The position numbers and the translations under genes were made by a program. Shown here piece by piece: positions 1-10,278 of a stretch of 64,000 nucleotides of DNA. The first letter of the stretch is position 1. Each line of letters opens with the position of its first letter. Source of the stretch: an uncultured bacterium (GTDB taxonomy: Bacteria > CAYMEV01); NCBI GenBank assembly GCA_964431655.1, contig CAYSKJ010000001.1:13984-77983 (forward strand), in the 5' to 3' direction. The notes below the pieces were generated by a model that ran no database searches, was not told the origin of the DNA, and worked only from the letters and a program-made list of their open reading frames with translations.

Positions 1-30
1 CAAGGATGAATGGGTTAAAAAAAGGAAGGC

Positions 31-1458
31 CTAGTTTAGTATAAGGTTTTTAATGCGGCCCCAGAATCTGTTTGTTTCCAGAGATTCACCGCTGAAAAAG
101 GCCGTACCGCCGAAATTTCCGGTTTCATAAATAACATTATAAGAGTTTGTGATATAGCTGAAGGGGTGATTCTTTTCCCTTTTGAGAGTAAGATAGGCAC
201 CAATTCCGGGTATAATCCTTGGATGATTTTCGGGTTTTACAAAGGTTATGTAGTCCTTCATGTGCTCTATGGACTGGGGGAAATAATAGGTCATCGGGAA
301 AATAAGGTCCACCAGGTTTTCGTTAAGCCACATCGCCGGGTCCTGAAAATGGTTTTCAGCAGAAAATCCGGTTCCCTTCATTTTACCTATTACAGCCACT
401 GATACTGTAATATCACTGGAACCGGACTTTATGAATTCTGAGAATCCCTTAAGGTGTTCATTTATTCTGTCTTTGATAAAGGCTTCATAGCTGGATTTTA
501 CATCAAGGGAATTGTATTCTTCCTGAATTTCTTCATTGTAAATGTATTTACTGCTGTCAAGACGAAAGTAATCAAAGTGAATGCCGTCAAGATCATAGTT
601 TTTAATAAGCTCATCCAGTATTTTAATGATGTATTCATAAGTTCCCCGGTGTGCAGGATGCAGGAAGATGTAGCCTTTCGATGAAGGCAGATTGCCGTTC
701 CTGTCCTTCGCCAGCAGTGGGCCCAGTTTCCTGACAGGCAGAATAATACTGTTTTTAACAGCAAGTTTTGCTCTTTGTTGATGCTCTATGGGGAAGGTGT
801 TTATCCATGCATGAATCTGCAGATTGTGCCTTCTGCAGGTAGAAACTGCGAATTCCAGAGGATCCCAGCCCGGATCTTCCCCTATTATGCCCTCAAGACT
901 AAGGAGATGGCTGAAGGGCTCAATAGCGCTTTTATAAAATACATCTCCGCTTCCGCGGACCTGGAAGATTATGTCGGTTATTCCGCTTTTTGAGGCGTTA
1001 ATAATGATTGTTGAGAGTATTTCCTGTATCCTCTGGCTGTAATCCGCCTGGGTTGAAAAATCCTTCCTGCTGATTAAATGGGCGAAATCAAACCTGCTTA
1101 TCCACAGAAAGCTCCTTTTTAATAAAATCCTTTCCTTTTCTTTGAAAAATGAGAATTTTTTATGTTCCAGGAGTATTCCATTGCCGTAATAGTTGATACC
1201 AAGAGTGTGAAGACCGTCCCGGAGCTCTGAAAGCCTGATTCTGAATGACTGGCTTACTGACTCTCTGGAAGTCCTTATCTCCTTCCCCGCATTGAATACA
1301 ATACCTATGGAATCGGATTTGTCATGATTGGTAATGAAAATGTGGCGGTTATCTTCAAATCCTCTGTATTCAAAGCTGAAGGCAGTGTCATGAACCGGTC
1401 CTGCCTGAAGAAGAGAAAGCAGAGTAAGGCATAGTATCATAGATCTGAATAGTGGCAT
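31..1458 (-). CDS. Secreted glycoside hydrolase-like family 10 (GHL10 / YddW-type) protein
   Basis: N-terminal signal peptide (MPLFRSMILCLTLLSLLQAG); DGIHFDYFR motif resembling the GHL10 (PF02638-like) DGIHxDYxRYP signature; length 475 aa typical of YddW/YngK-type lipoproteins. Confidence 0.5.
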   Translation of the reverse strand: MPLFRSMILCLTLLSLLQAGPVHDTAFSFEYRGFEDNRHIFITNHDKSDSIGIVFNAGKEIRTSRESVSQSFRIRLSELRDGLHTLGINYYGNGILLEHKKFSFFKEKERILLKRSFLWISRFDFAHLISRKDFSTQADYSQRIQEILSTIIINASKSGITDIIFQVRGSGDVFYKSAIEPFSHLLSLEGIIGEDPGWDPLEFAVSTCRRHNLQIHAWINTFPIEHQQRAKLAVKNSIILPVRKLGPLLAKDRNGNLPSSKGYIFLHPAHRGTYEYIIKILDELIKNYDLDGIHFDYFRLDSSKYIYNEEIQEEYNSLDVKSSYEAFIKDRINEHLKGFSEFIKSGSSDITVSVAVIGKMKGTGFSAENHFQDPAMWLNENLVDLIFPMTYYFPQSIEHMKDYITFVKPENHPRIIPGIGAYLTLKREKNHPFSYITNSYNVIYETGNFGGTAFFSGESLETNRFWGRIKNLILN

Positions 1459-1554
1459 GTAAAGATTTTAACCATTTATTGGTCATATCGTCAAGAATAA
1501 TAAAAAGGGCTTAAAATTATGGTGATTTCTTGTTTTTTCTGCTAATATTCTAAT

Positions 1555-2505
1555 ATGGATGCAGTTATACTGAGTGCAGGATATGGAAAGAGGCTTCTGC
1601 CTATAACCCGGTTTTACCAGAAAGCAGTCCTGGGTGTATACGGTATCCCTCCCCTTCTGTATCAGATTTACAATCTTAAGCAGAAGGGAATTAAACAATT
1701 TTTTATTAATATGCACCATGGGAAAGATACCCTGAAAAAGCTTTTAGCAGCATTCCTGCCGCCTGATGGTGATACAGCGGTTAATCTGATAGAAGAAAAT
1801 GAGATACTTGGAACTGGCGGTGCTTTAGTGAATTTGAGAAAACTGCTATCTGATGATTTTCTGGTTATTAACGGCGATTCCTACCTGGACATTGATCTTG
1901 ATTCGTTTTACAGATTTTTTAAGCAGTCCGGTTGTGTTTCTGCTTTAATGCTTGGAGACAGAGAGAACAGGAACATATCAGGAATAGGCATGAAGGCCGG
2001 GCTCATAAACTGCATAGATATAAGAAAACAGGCAAAACTGCCCTATATGTTCTACGGCTGTCATCTGATCAACAGGAAGATATTTGATATCTGCAGTAGA
2101 TCAGGTTATGCGGATATTATAACAGATATTTACAGCACACTCATTAAAGAAAGGCTTCTGGCGGGATACGGGGTAAAAAAGCCTCTATTTGATATCGGCA
2201 CCTTTTCTAATATAAGAGAAGGCCTTAGAGACCTTACAGGCTCTTCATTTGAAGTTATTAATCTTAAGGATTTCTGTACCTATGATCCGAAGGGGAATTC
2301 CCTTTATTTCAACACCTGCCCTGATACCAGCCCGGAAAGAATTATAAACTCAACCCTGTCCTTTGATGTCCGTGTTTCAAAAAAGGCCAGGATTAAAAAT
2401 TCAGTTATCATGCAGAATAATTATATAGGGCCTGAGGAAAGAATATCAGAATCCGTTGTACCGCCGGGTTTTTTCAGCAGTTGTCTGTGTTCTGAGCAGA
2501 GGTAG
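1555..2505 (+). CDS. Sugar-phosphate nucleotidyltransferase family protein (NTP_transferase fold)
   Basis: N-terminal ILSAGYGKRLLPIT...K motif and LGTGGAL motif typical of sugar-1-phosphate nucleotidyltransferases (MurU/RmlA/GlmU N-domain-like). Confidence 0.55.
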   Translation: MDAVILSAGYGKRLLPITRFYQKAVLGVYGIPPLLYQIYNLKQKGIKQFFINMHHGKDTLKKLLAAFLPPDGDTAVNLIEENEILGTGGALVNLRKLLSDDFLVINGDSYLDIDLDSFYRFFKQSGCVSALMLGDRENRNISGIGMKAGLINCIDIRKQAKLPYMFYGCHLINRKIFDICSRSGYADIITDIYSTLIKERLLAGYGVKKPLFDIGTFSNIREGLRDLTGSSFEVINLKDFCTYDPKGNSLYFNTCPDTSPERIINSTLSFDVRVSKKARIKNSVIMQNNYIGPEERISESVVPPGFFSSCLCSEQR

Positions 2506-3806
2506 AATGAACCTGTTATAACCGTGAGAGAACCGGGAGCCAGCATTTTAGACTCAGAAAGGATTTGGTATGTCTCGCAAATGTTTTTTGAGTGTTTATG
2601 ACTGAGGCAAAGACCCTTAAGCTGTGAGTCCTTTTTGAAATCATGGTTCCTTTCACTGGAGATGTCCTGAAAGATTGTAAAATCAGGTTTGTATCGGGTA
2701 ATTACTTCAAGCATTCCCTTTATATCCTTATCCTTAAGGCATCCGAATATAAGAATTTTTCGTTTTAACGGCCATTTTTCCTTTATATTACAAAAAAGGA
2801 TTTCAAGGCTGTCTTTATTATGCGCTGCGTCTATGATGAAAAGCCGATTCGGTTTCCTTACAACCTCAAAACGGCATGGCAGATTGAAAGATTTCATGGA
2901 AAAGCATGCTTTACCCAAAAGCTTTGGGGTAATACGGGATGCCACTGCCAATGCAAGACAGAGGTTGTAAAGGTGAAATCCAGGATAATTGCGGGGTATT
3001 TTCATATCTACTGCCTGATCCCTTCCTGGGTAAAATCTTATGTCTGTCCCTTTTTTCTCATAATGAAAGCCCTTGCCATAGGAAATTAATGAGTAGTTTT
3101 TAAGGCGTTTTTCATATTTTTTTATGTCAATATATCTCTGAAAACCCAGATAAAGGGGCTGACCCTTTCTTGCTACAGCTATTTTTTCCAGAAATATCCT
3201 GTCGCAGGTATCTCCCAGTATAGCGGTATGGTCAAGGCTTATTGAGGTTATAACTGCAATCCTGTCATCAGGCAGGCAGTTTACGGCATCAAGCCTTCCT
3301 CCAAGCCCTGCTTCAAATATATCAGCCCCGGTATCCTTTTCATCGAAATACATCTTTGCCATGAGGGTGAGAACCTCAAAGACTGATGGAGAAAAGCAGG
3401 AGGATCTGGTATTTTTAAAATCCTGATAAATAGGCATAACAGTCTGATAGATCCTGTCGAAATCCCGGCTGGATATCTGTCTGCCGTTAATGACGATTCT
3501 TTCATTAACCCTGTAGATGTGGGGAGATGTGAAAAGCCCGACTTTTTTATAGACCTTTTTTAGTATTTTGTAGAGGAAATGGCAGGTTGAGCCCTTGCCC
3601 TTGGTGCCTGCAACAATTATGAGGGGCTTTTTCTTATGAGAGGGGCATGCATGGTTAAAAAATTCCTTCAGTATAAGGAACCTGTCCCGGGAAAACCCCA
3701 GGTCAGCAATTCCCCTTTTTTCATAATTGGCCAGGCTGTAAAGATCGTTGATGCAATCCGGTTCAGAATTTTGTGCCGAGTATCTTGGAGAATTCCTGGT
3801 TTTCAT
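2421..3806 (-). CDS. folC: Folylpolyglutamate synthase / dihydrofolate synthase (Mur ligase family)
   Basis: P-loop IIVAGTKGKGST matching the FolC/Mur ligase VAGTNGKGS signature; length 461 aa; domain order consistent with FolC. Confidence 0.8.
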   Translation of the reverse strand: MKTRNSPRYSAQNSEPDCINDLYSLANYEKRGIADLGFSRDRFLILKEFFNHACPSHKKKPLIIVAGTKGKGSTCHFLYKILKKVYKKVGLFTSPHIYRVNERIVINGRQISSRDFDRIYQTVMPIYQDFKNTRSSCFSPSVFEVLTLMAKMYFDEKDTGADIFEAGLGGRLDAVNCLPDDRIAVITSISLDHTAILGDTCDRIFLEKIAVARKGQPLYLGFQRYIDIKKYEKRLKNYSLISYGKGFHYEKKGTDIRFYPGRDQAVDMKIPRNYPGFHLYNLCLALAVASRITPKLLGKACFSMKSFNLPCRFEVVRKPNRLFIIDAAHNKDSLEILFCNIKEKWPLKRKILIFGCLKDKDIKGMLEVITRYKPDFTIFQDISSERNHDFKKDSQLKGLCLSHKHSKNICETYQILSESKMLAPGSLTVITGSFYLCSEHRQLLKKPGGTTDSDILSSGPI

Positions 3807-4563
3807 AAAGGTTGATCAGGTCTTTGTCATTCTCAGCAATAAATTTTAAAGTAGGATCAAATTTTACTGCATCCTTAAGGCTTTTTATGGCGTTTTTTGC
3901 ATCGTTTTCTTTCGCATAGGCACAGGCCAGGCAGTAAAGGTTATAGGAATTATGAGGTTCTGTCTTTGCAATTGCCCTGAAAACCCTGAGAGCCTCCTTG
4001 GGACTGCCTATCTGAAGGTATATTATGCCTTCAGTTATCTTGGATTCAATATCCCTTGCTGTTGAATCAGGCTTTTCAAGGTCTGACAGGTAATTATAGT
4101 AGGATTTTGCCTTACAGCATATATCTATTTCAGAGCTGAAACTGGTAAATATCTCAAGAAAAAGATCTTTTACCGCTTTTCTTTGAGGTTCAAGAGGTTT
4201 TTGCTTATCTATCTGATGAAACTTCCTGATGGCATTCTCATATAGCTCAATGGCTTTTACCCTGTGGGCTATGTCAGCTTTTGTCCTGGTATCCAGCATA
4301 ATATTACTGGCTTGTCTGGTTTTGGAAGATTTTTGGGATGTTTTTCCCTCTGAAACCGGTTTCGCTGGTTTTTCATCAGGTACTGAAACCTTATCCAGCC
4401 TGTCCGGGGAGGAAGCATAAGAAAGCTTCAGCCTTTTCAGTTTGTTAGTGACAGCACTGACGGTTATTCCAAGATGCCTGGCTATGTCAGGAACAGTCAT
4501 CTTAAAGTGATTCTGCTTTAAGAATTCAATATCCAGATCAGTCCATTTCTTTCTGTTACTCAA
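3763..4563 (-). CDS. Helix-turn-helix (sigma-70 region 4-like) plus TPR repeat protein, function unknown
   Basis: N-terminal VPDIARHLGITVSAVTNKLKRL HTH; C-terminal TPR-like repeats (YNLYCLACAYAKENDAKNAIKSLKDAVKFDP). Confidence 0.5.
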   Translation of the reverse strand: MSNRKKWTDLDIEFLKQNHFKMTVPDIARHLGITVSAVTNKLKRLKLSYASSPDRLDKVSVPDEKPAKPVSEGKTSQKSSKTRQASNIMLDTRTKADIAHRVKAIELYENAIRKFHQIDKQKPLEPQRKAVKDLFLEIFTSFSSEIDICCKAKSYYNYLSDLEKPDSTARDIESKITEGIIYLQIGSPKEALRVFRAIAKTEPHNSYNLYCLACAYAKENDAKNAIKSLKDAVKFDPTLKFIAENDKDLINLYENQEFSKILGTKF

Positions 4564-4693
4564 TGTAAATCACCCCTTGTTTCAATGTATATTTGTATTA
4601 TGAGCCTCTAAAATTAGATGTATATTATAAGCATTAGGCTTCTTGTCAAGGATTTAATTTTATATGATTTTTTTTTTGCCATTTTGATACTAT

Positions 4694-5818
4694 TTGTATA
4701 TAGATTCACTAATGGATGACATCAGAAGAAATGCTCTAATTATCTTTAATCAGGTCATATCACCGGATAAACTGCTTTCCCTCGTTAATGATGAAGAATA
4801 CCTGTGCAGGGTGTATGACTGGGTTTGCAGGTCGGATATTGGCAGGCTTGGGAATATACTGCCAAACCCCGGCAGGCATAAAGATCAGCTCAGCCTGGAT
4901 TTCCTGCATACTCAGCTGGAAAAGGCTGAGAAGAACAGCATCAGAATTATCACCTGCCTGGATGATGAATACCCGGAAAGACTGAAAAATATCTACCAGC
5001 CCCCGCCCGTGGTCTATATAAGAAACAGCCTTATTAAAAGCCCGTCCCTGGGGGTCGTGGGCACCAGAAAAGCCACACCTTACGGGAAAAATGCTGTCAG
5101 CCATATTATTCCCGGGCTGGTTTCGCAGGGTGTATCCATAATCAGCGGGATGGCTTACGGCATAGATTACTATGCCCACAGGGTATGCCTTGAGAATGGC
5201 GGGTATACTGCAGCTGTCCTGGGGACAGGGATGGACATAGTATATCCATCCCAGAATCAGGCTCTATACGACATGATAATAAAGCAAAACAGCTGTCTTG
5301 TATCTGAATACCCCCTGGGCTATACTCCCACCAGATATAGCTTTCTTCAGCGAAACAGGATCATAAGCGGTCTTTCGGACGGCATACTGGTTGTAGAAAG
5401 CAAGGAAAGGGGAGGAGCTCTGTCCACTGCTAATTTTGCCCTGGAGCAGGGCAAAGATGTTTTCAGCATCCCTGGGTCAATATTTTCCCTTCAGTCGGCG
5501 GGATGCAATAATCTCATAAAACAGGGTGCTGTCCCTGTCACAGATCATGAGGACATACTCTTTGCCATGAGAAATAATATTAATATTCAGGAAGCATTTA
5601 AAGAAACAAAGAAAGAAACCAGGAGTATAACAGAAGAAGAGGCCTTGGTCCTGGAGCTTATGGATATGGGCATTACAGGTTTTGAAAGTCTTATGGACAG
5701 GCTGAGTTTTGACATAGGATACCTGTATAATTTATTGTTTGATTTAGAGAGAAAAGGGTATATAAGAAGGGAAGCAGGGAACAGGTATCTCAGAATTATC
5801 TGCAAAGGAGACAATTGA
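4694..5818 (+). CDS. dprA: DNA processing protein DprA (Smf)
   Basis: Rossmann-like DprA core: GVVGTRKATPYG, SGMAYGID, VLGTGMDIVYP, ISGLSDGILVVE; TTG start in ORF track; followed by smg and topA as in the conserved smf-smg-topA unit. Confidence 0.9.
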   Translation: MYIDSLMDDIRRNALIIFNQVISPDKLLSLVNDEEYLCRVYDWVCRSDIGRLGNILPNPGRHKDQLSLDFLHTQLEKAEKNSIRIITCLDDEYPERLKNIYQPPPVVYIRNSLIKSPSLGVVGTRKATPYGKNAVSHIIPGLVSQGVSIISGMAYGIDYYAHRVCLENGGYTAAVLGTGMDIVYPSQNQALYDMIIKQNSCLVSEYPLGYTPTRYSFLQRNRIISGLSDGILVVESKERGGALSTANFALEQGKDVFSIPGSIFSLQSAGCNNLIKQGAVPVTDHEDILFAMRNNINIQEAFKETKKETRSITEEEALVLELMDMGITGFESLMDRLSFDIGYLYNLLFDLERKGYIRREAGNRYLRIICKGDN

Positions 5819-6307
5819 ATGGCAAACAGCGATTTCTTAAAGCTTTTGGGGCTTATAATAGATAAGCTTTCAGAAGAGAATGATATTGATATTGATTTAA
5901 ATGAAGAATTATTTAAATATCTGGAATCCAACGGTTATGAAAATGCGGACATAGACAAGGCATTCAAGCTTGTAAAGAGACTGATGAATATTGGAAGGGA
6001 GGAGAAGGAAAAATTCTTCATCTCTGAAGACCAGGGTTTTGGAATAAGGATCTATACTCCTGAGGAAACCTTCCTTTACAATCATGGCGTACTTAAAAGA
6101 CTGTTCTATTTAAGGGATATCTATTTTATAGAGGACGAGGTTATTGAAGAGATAATAGATATTCTTCTGGGTCTCAGCGTCGATGATGAGATAATAAGCG
6201 AGGATTTTATAGATTCACTCCTAAATACCATATTCCTGGATAATAACTCCTTTGACAGAATTGCCGGCATTTCATCCAGCAGGAAAAGACCGGATACTGT
6301 TCATTAA
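5819..6307 (+). CDS. smg: Smg protein (DUF494)
   Basis: GIRIYTPEE matches the conserved MRIYTPEE core of E. coli Smg; 162 aa; located between dprA and topA. Confidence 0.8.
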   Translation: MANSDFLKLLGLIIDKLSEENDIDIDLNEELFKYLESNGYENADIDKAFKLVKRLMNIGREEKEKFFISEDQGFGIRIYTPEETFLYNHGVLKRLFYLRDIYFIEDEVIEEIIDILLGLSVDDEIISEDFIDSLLNTIFLDNNSFDRIAGISSSRKRPDTVH

Positions 6308-6318
6308 GAAAGCTTTAT

Positions 6319-8709
6319 ATGTCAAAATTAGTTATTGTTGAATCCCCCAAAAAAGCCAAAACCATATCAGGGAAGCTGGATGACAGCTTTAAGGTTGTAT
6401 CAACCAAAGGGCATATAAAGGATCTTCCCAAAAAACGCATCGGAATTGATGTTGAACACAATTTTGAATGTGAATGGGTTACGGTTCCGGGCAAGGAAAA
6501 ACTCATAAAAGAGATAATCCAGCTGGCAGAAAAGTCAGACCAGATACTGCTCGCTTCTGACCCTGACAGGGAAGGAGAGGCGATAGCCTATCATATCCAT
6601 GAACTCCTTAAAGAAAAAAATGCGAATATCAAGAGAATAGTATTCAATGAAATAACACAAAACGCCATAATCAACGCAATAAAATCGCCAAGGGACATTG
6701 ATTGGCACCTCTTTGAATCTCAAAAAGCCAGGAGGATACTGGACAGGCTTGTGGGCTTTCTGCTGAGCCCCCTCCTTATATACTTCCTTAAGAGGAACCT
6801 GAGCGCGGGAAGGGTCCAGTCCATCGCCCTTAAGCTTATTGTTGATCAGGAGAAAGCTATTCTGGCATTCATCCCCGAAGAATACTGGAGAGTTTATGGT
6901 ATTTTCACCCATGATAATCATGATATCGAGCTTGAACTGAAAAAGATTGACGGTAAAAAGCCTGATATTACCAATGGGGATTCTGCAGGCAAGATAGAAA
7001 TAGAGCTGAAAAAATCAAAATACATGGTTGCTGATGTATTGAATGATCATGTAAATAAGACGCCCCCTGATCCCTTTAAAACCAGCACTCTTCAGCAGGA
7101 AGCCAATATAAGGCTTGGTTTCAGCGGTAAAAAGACCATGATGATAGCCCAGGGACTTTATGAGGGCAAGAATATAGGAAAAGAGGAAGCAGGGCTTATA
7201 ACATATATGAGAACTGACTCAGTCAGGGTGTCCGAAGAGGCAAAGACAGCTACCCGGGCCTTTATCCTCAATGAGCTGGGTCTTGATATTGCTTCCCGGG
7301 ACAGAGCTGCCGGCAGGGCCAAAGCAGGAGATATAAAGATACAGGATGCCCACGAGGCTATAAGGCCTGCAGATCCTGCCCTGACCCCCCAGAGCATTGC
7401 AAAATACCTCGGACGAGATGAATTTAAGCTTTATGACCTTATATGGAGAAGATATATCGCGTCCTTCCTGAAAAATGCTGTCTATAAAAGGCTTTCTGTT
7501 CATATAAAAGGGGACGACCGGTTCCTCTTCGAAGCTGATTTCCTTAAGCTGGATCAGGAGGGTTTCCTTAAAATCTACAAGCCAGTCAGCATGGTCAGGA
7601 CAGTGGAATCCATGCCTGAGATTAAAAAAGGGGACAGGGTAAGTCTGAAAGATATAAGACCTGAACAGCACTTTACAGAACCCCCCAAAAGATTCTCCGA
7701 AGCGACACTTATCAAAGCACTGGAGAAGCAGGGAATAGGAAGACCCTCAACTTATGCCACCATACTGGATACACTTAAAAAGAGGGATTATATAAGACTT
7801 GAAAAAAAGACCATATATCCGCTCCCCATAGGCGTTTTTGTTACAGGCATTCTTGATTGCTTTTTCAAAAGCATTATTAATGTGCATTTTACTGCAGAGA
7901 TGGAGGAAAAGCTGGACGCTGTGGAACAGGGCAGAGATGACTGGGTTGAGATGATCAGGAATTATTACAGACTGCTGCATAAGAGTGTCAATACAGCAAA
8001 AAAGGAGATGTCAAAGGGACTTCGCACAGAGGTTGAGTGCCCGGTATGCGGTTCAGGAATGACTGTGAGGTTCAGCAGCAAGGGTGAATATCTTGCCTGC
8101 AGCAATTATCCTGCCTGTACTGCCAAAAGAAAACTGGGTTTTGATGATAAGTTCAATCCTGCGATAGAGGATGAAAAGGAGCATAACCATAAATGCCCCT
8201 CCTGCGGTAAAAAGCTTTTGCTTAAAAAAGGCAGGTATGGTGAATTCTATGGCTGTGAGGGATATCCCGAATGCAAATATACTGAACCCCTGGAAAAAGA
8301 GCCGAAACCGGGCTTGACACTGGATATGCTTCCTGACAGCCGAAAGCTGTGCAGTCTCTGTAATTCAGAGCTGAAGATCGCAGGAGGGCCTTATTCCAAT
8401 TATATGCTCTGTCAGAACCCTGAATGCAGGGCCAAGTCCCCGGTCAGGACCGGTATACCCTGCCCTGATGAAAAATGCGGGGGGGAGCTTGTTGAAAGGC
8501 ACAAGCAGAACAGGCCCTATTATGCATGTTCAAACTATCCTAAATGCCGGATCACTGTGCCCTTCCGGCCTGTTGCCAGAAAATGCCCGGAATGCGGGTA
8601 TAAGGTAATGTATCTGACGGAGTCCAGGACAAGGACTTCGGTTATCTGCGCCAACAGGGAGTGTAAATACAGGGAAATTACAAATAAAAACGGTGATTCT
8701 AGTAAATAA
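6319..8709 (+). CDS. topA: DNA topoisomerase I with C-terminal zinc-ribbon repeats
   Basis: TOPRIM N-terminus (LVIVESPKKAKTI); catalytic region (GLITYMRTDSVRVSEEA); several C-terminal CxxC...CxxC zinc ribbons (CPVCGSGM, CPSCGKKL, CPECGYKV). Confidence 0.95.
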   Translation: MSKLVIVESPKKAKTISGKLDDSFKVVSTKGHIKDLPKKRIGIDVEHNFECEWVTVPGKEKLIKEIIQLAEKSDQILLASDPDREGEAIAYHIHELLKEKNANIKRIVFNEITQNAIINAIKSPRDIDWHLFESQKARRILDRLVGFLLSPLLIYFLKRNLSAGRVQSIALKLIVDQEKAILAFIPEEYWRVYGIFTHDNHDIELELKKIDGKKPDITNGDSAGKIEIELKKSKYMVADVLNDHVNKTPPDPFKTSTLQQEANIRLGFSGKKTMMIAQGLYEGKNIGKEEAGLITYMRTDSVRVSEEAKTATRAFILNELGLDIASRDRAAGRAKAGDIKIQDAHEAIRPADPALTPQSIAKYLGRDEFKLYDLIWRRYIASFLKNAVYKRLSVHIKGDDRFLFEADFLKLDQEGFLKIYKPVSMVRTVESMPEIKKGDRVSLKDIRPEQHFTEPPKRFSEATLIKALEKQGIGRPSTYATILDTLKKRDYIRLEKKTIYPLPIGVFVTGILDCFFKSIINVHFTAEMEEKLDAVEQGRDDWVEMIRNYYRLLHKSVNTAKKEMSKGLRTEVECPVCGSGMTVRFSSKGEYLACSNYPACTAKRKLGFDDKFNPAIEDEKEHNHKCPSCGKKLLLKKGRYGEFYGCEGYPECKYTEPLEKEPKPGLTLDMLPDSRKLCSLCNSELKIAGGPYSNYMLCQNPECRAKSPVRTGIPCPDEKCGGELVERHKQNRPYYACSNYPKCRITVPFRPVARKCPECGYKVMYLTESRTRTSVICANRECKYREITNKNGDSSK

Positions 8710-10195
8710 TGTCAAAGTTACCCTGATGCAGGTTTGGGTCAAGGCGTATTGACAGATTGGGATGATTGCTCCCGAAAATATCATTCAGTATCAGATCCCT
8801 GTTCTTATAGAAATCCTGGGCTATATCCGGATGTATCCTAAGGGTAAATTCCTGGTTTTTTATCTTTCTGAGGTTCATGGAGATTTCTTTGTGGATTTCG
8901 GATAGAACCGTCATACTGTTCTTTATCGTTCCCTTCCCCTGGCAGTAGGGGCAGGTTCTGGTCATCAGCTTTTCCAGACTGATTTTAACCCTCTTACGGG
9001 TCATTTCTATAAGCCCCAGCTTACTAATCTGAAGTATGGTAGTCTTGGCCCTGTCATTCTTGAGTTCATTTTCAAGGGTTGAGAAAATGAGCTCCCTGTT
9101 TTCCACCTCTTCCATATCTATAAAATCAATAATTATAATACCCCCCAGGTTTCTAAGCCTTACCTGCCTGACTATTTCCCTGCATGCCTCTATATTGGTC
9201 CTTACTATGGTTTCCTCCAGTGATTTACTGCCGAGGTATTTTCCTGTATTAACATCAATGGAAACCAGTGCCTCTGTCTGGTCAATAACTATATACCCTC
9301 CTGATTTCAGCCATACCTTCCTTTTTAGTGCCTTTACCACTTCGGTTTCTATATTAAACTTGTCAAAGATAGGGGTGCTTGATGAGTAAAGCTTGACCCT
9401 GTCTGTAAGGTGAGGGAAAAATTTGTTAACGAAATCGAGAAGTTCTGTATAGTCGTTCTGGTTGTCAAGTATGAAGGAGGATATGTCCGAAGTGAAGACA
9501 TCCCTTGCCAGCCTCTGGATAATCCCCAGGTCTTTATGAAGCAGGCTGGGGGCTGAAACCTTGTCATACCTTTCTTTTACTTCAGTCCAAAGCTTCTGAA
9601 GAATTATCATATCCCCCTTCAAATCTCCCTCTTCATGGCCTTCGCATGCTGTCCGGAGGATATATCCGCCTTTGCTGTCATGTATCCTGTCCATAATATC
9701 ACGAAGGCGCTTGCGCTCCTGTTCCGAAGATATCCGTCTGGATATCCCGATATGCTGTATAGTAGGCATATAAACCACATATCTGCCCGGAAAGGACACA
9801 TGGGAAGTCACTCTCGGTCCCTTGGTCCCAATGGCTTCTTTGAGTACGTGGACAAGGATCTCCTGCCCCTCGATAAGGAGGTCATCAATATTGCTGTTCG
9901 GTTTCCTGTCGTCATTAGCCTCTTCAATGTCCTGTTCTTCTTCTTCCCCTGAATCAAGGGTTTCCGGAAAATAATGTACATCATCCACATAAAGGAAGGC
10001 GTCTTTGCCTATGCCTATGTCTACAAAGGCAGCTTCCATGCCGGGAAGCACCCGGGTGACCTTACCTTTGTATATATTGCCGGCAAGACGTGTCTGGCTT
10101 TTCCTTTCAATGTAGAGCTCGCACAGCTGACCGTCTTCCAGAAGGGCAACCCTGGTCTCAAAGGGATTTGTTGATGCAATAAGTTCTTTATACAT
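8699..10195 (-). CDS. rng: Ribonuclease G/E family endoribonuclease
   Basis: N-terminal S1 domain (ETRVALLEDGQLCELYIER...GNIYKGKVTRVLPGMEAAFVDIG) and RNase E/G catalytic core; 498 aa fits RNase G; its 3-prime end overlaps topA by 11 nt (convergent). Confidence 0.85.
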   Translation of the reverse strand: MYKELIASTNPFETRVALLEDGQLCELYIERKSQTRLAGNIYKGKVTRVLPGMEAAFVDIGIGKDAFLYVDDVHYFPETLDSGEEEEQDIEEANDDRKPNSNIDDLLIEGQEILVHVLKEAIGTKGPRVTSHVSFPGRYVVYMPTIQHIGISRRISSEQERKRLRDIMDRIHDSKGGYILRTACEGHEEGDLKGDMIILQKLWTEVKERYDKVSAPSLLHKDLGIIQRLARDVFTSDISSFILDNQNDYTELLDFVNKFFPHLTDRVKLYSSSTPIFDKFNIETEVVKALKRKVWLKSGGYIVIDQTEALVSIDVNTGKYLGSKSLEETIVRTNIEACREIVRQVRLRNLGGIIIIDFIDMEEVENRELIFSTLENELKNDRAKTTILQISKLGLIEMTRKRVKISLEKLMTRTCPYCQGKGTIKNSMTVLSEIHKEISMNLRKIKNQEFTLRIHPDIAQDFYKNRDLILNDIFGSNHPNLSIRLDPNLHQGNFDIIY

Positions 10196-10278
10196 TGTTA
10201 TTTTTTAAAGTTTTTATACTACTTTATACAATATCCGTTTAATTTAGGTTTCAATAAAAGTTAATAAATAATCATGGG

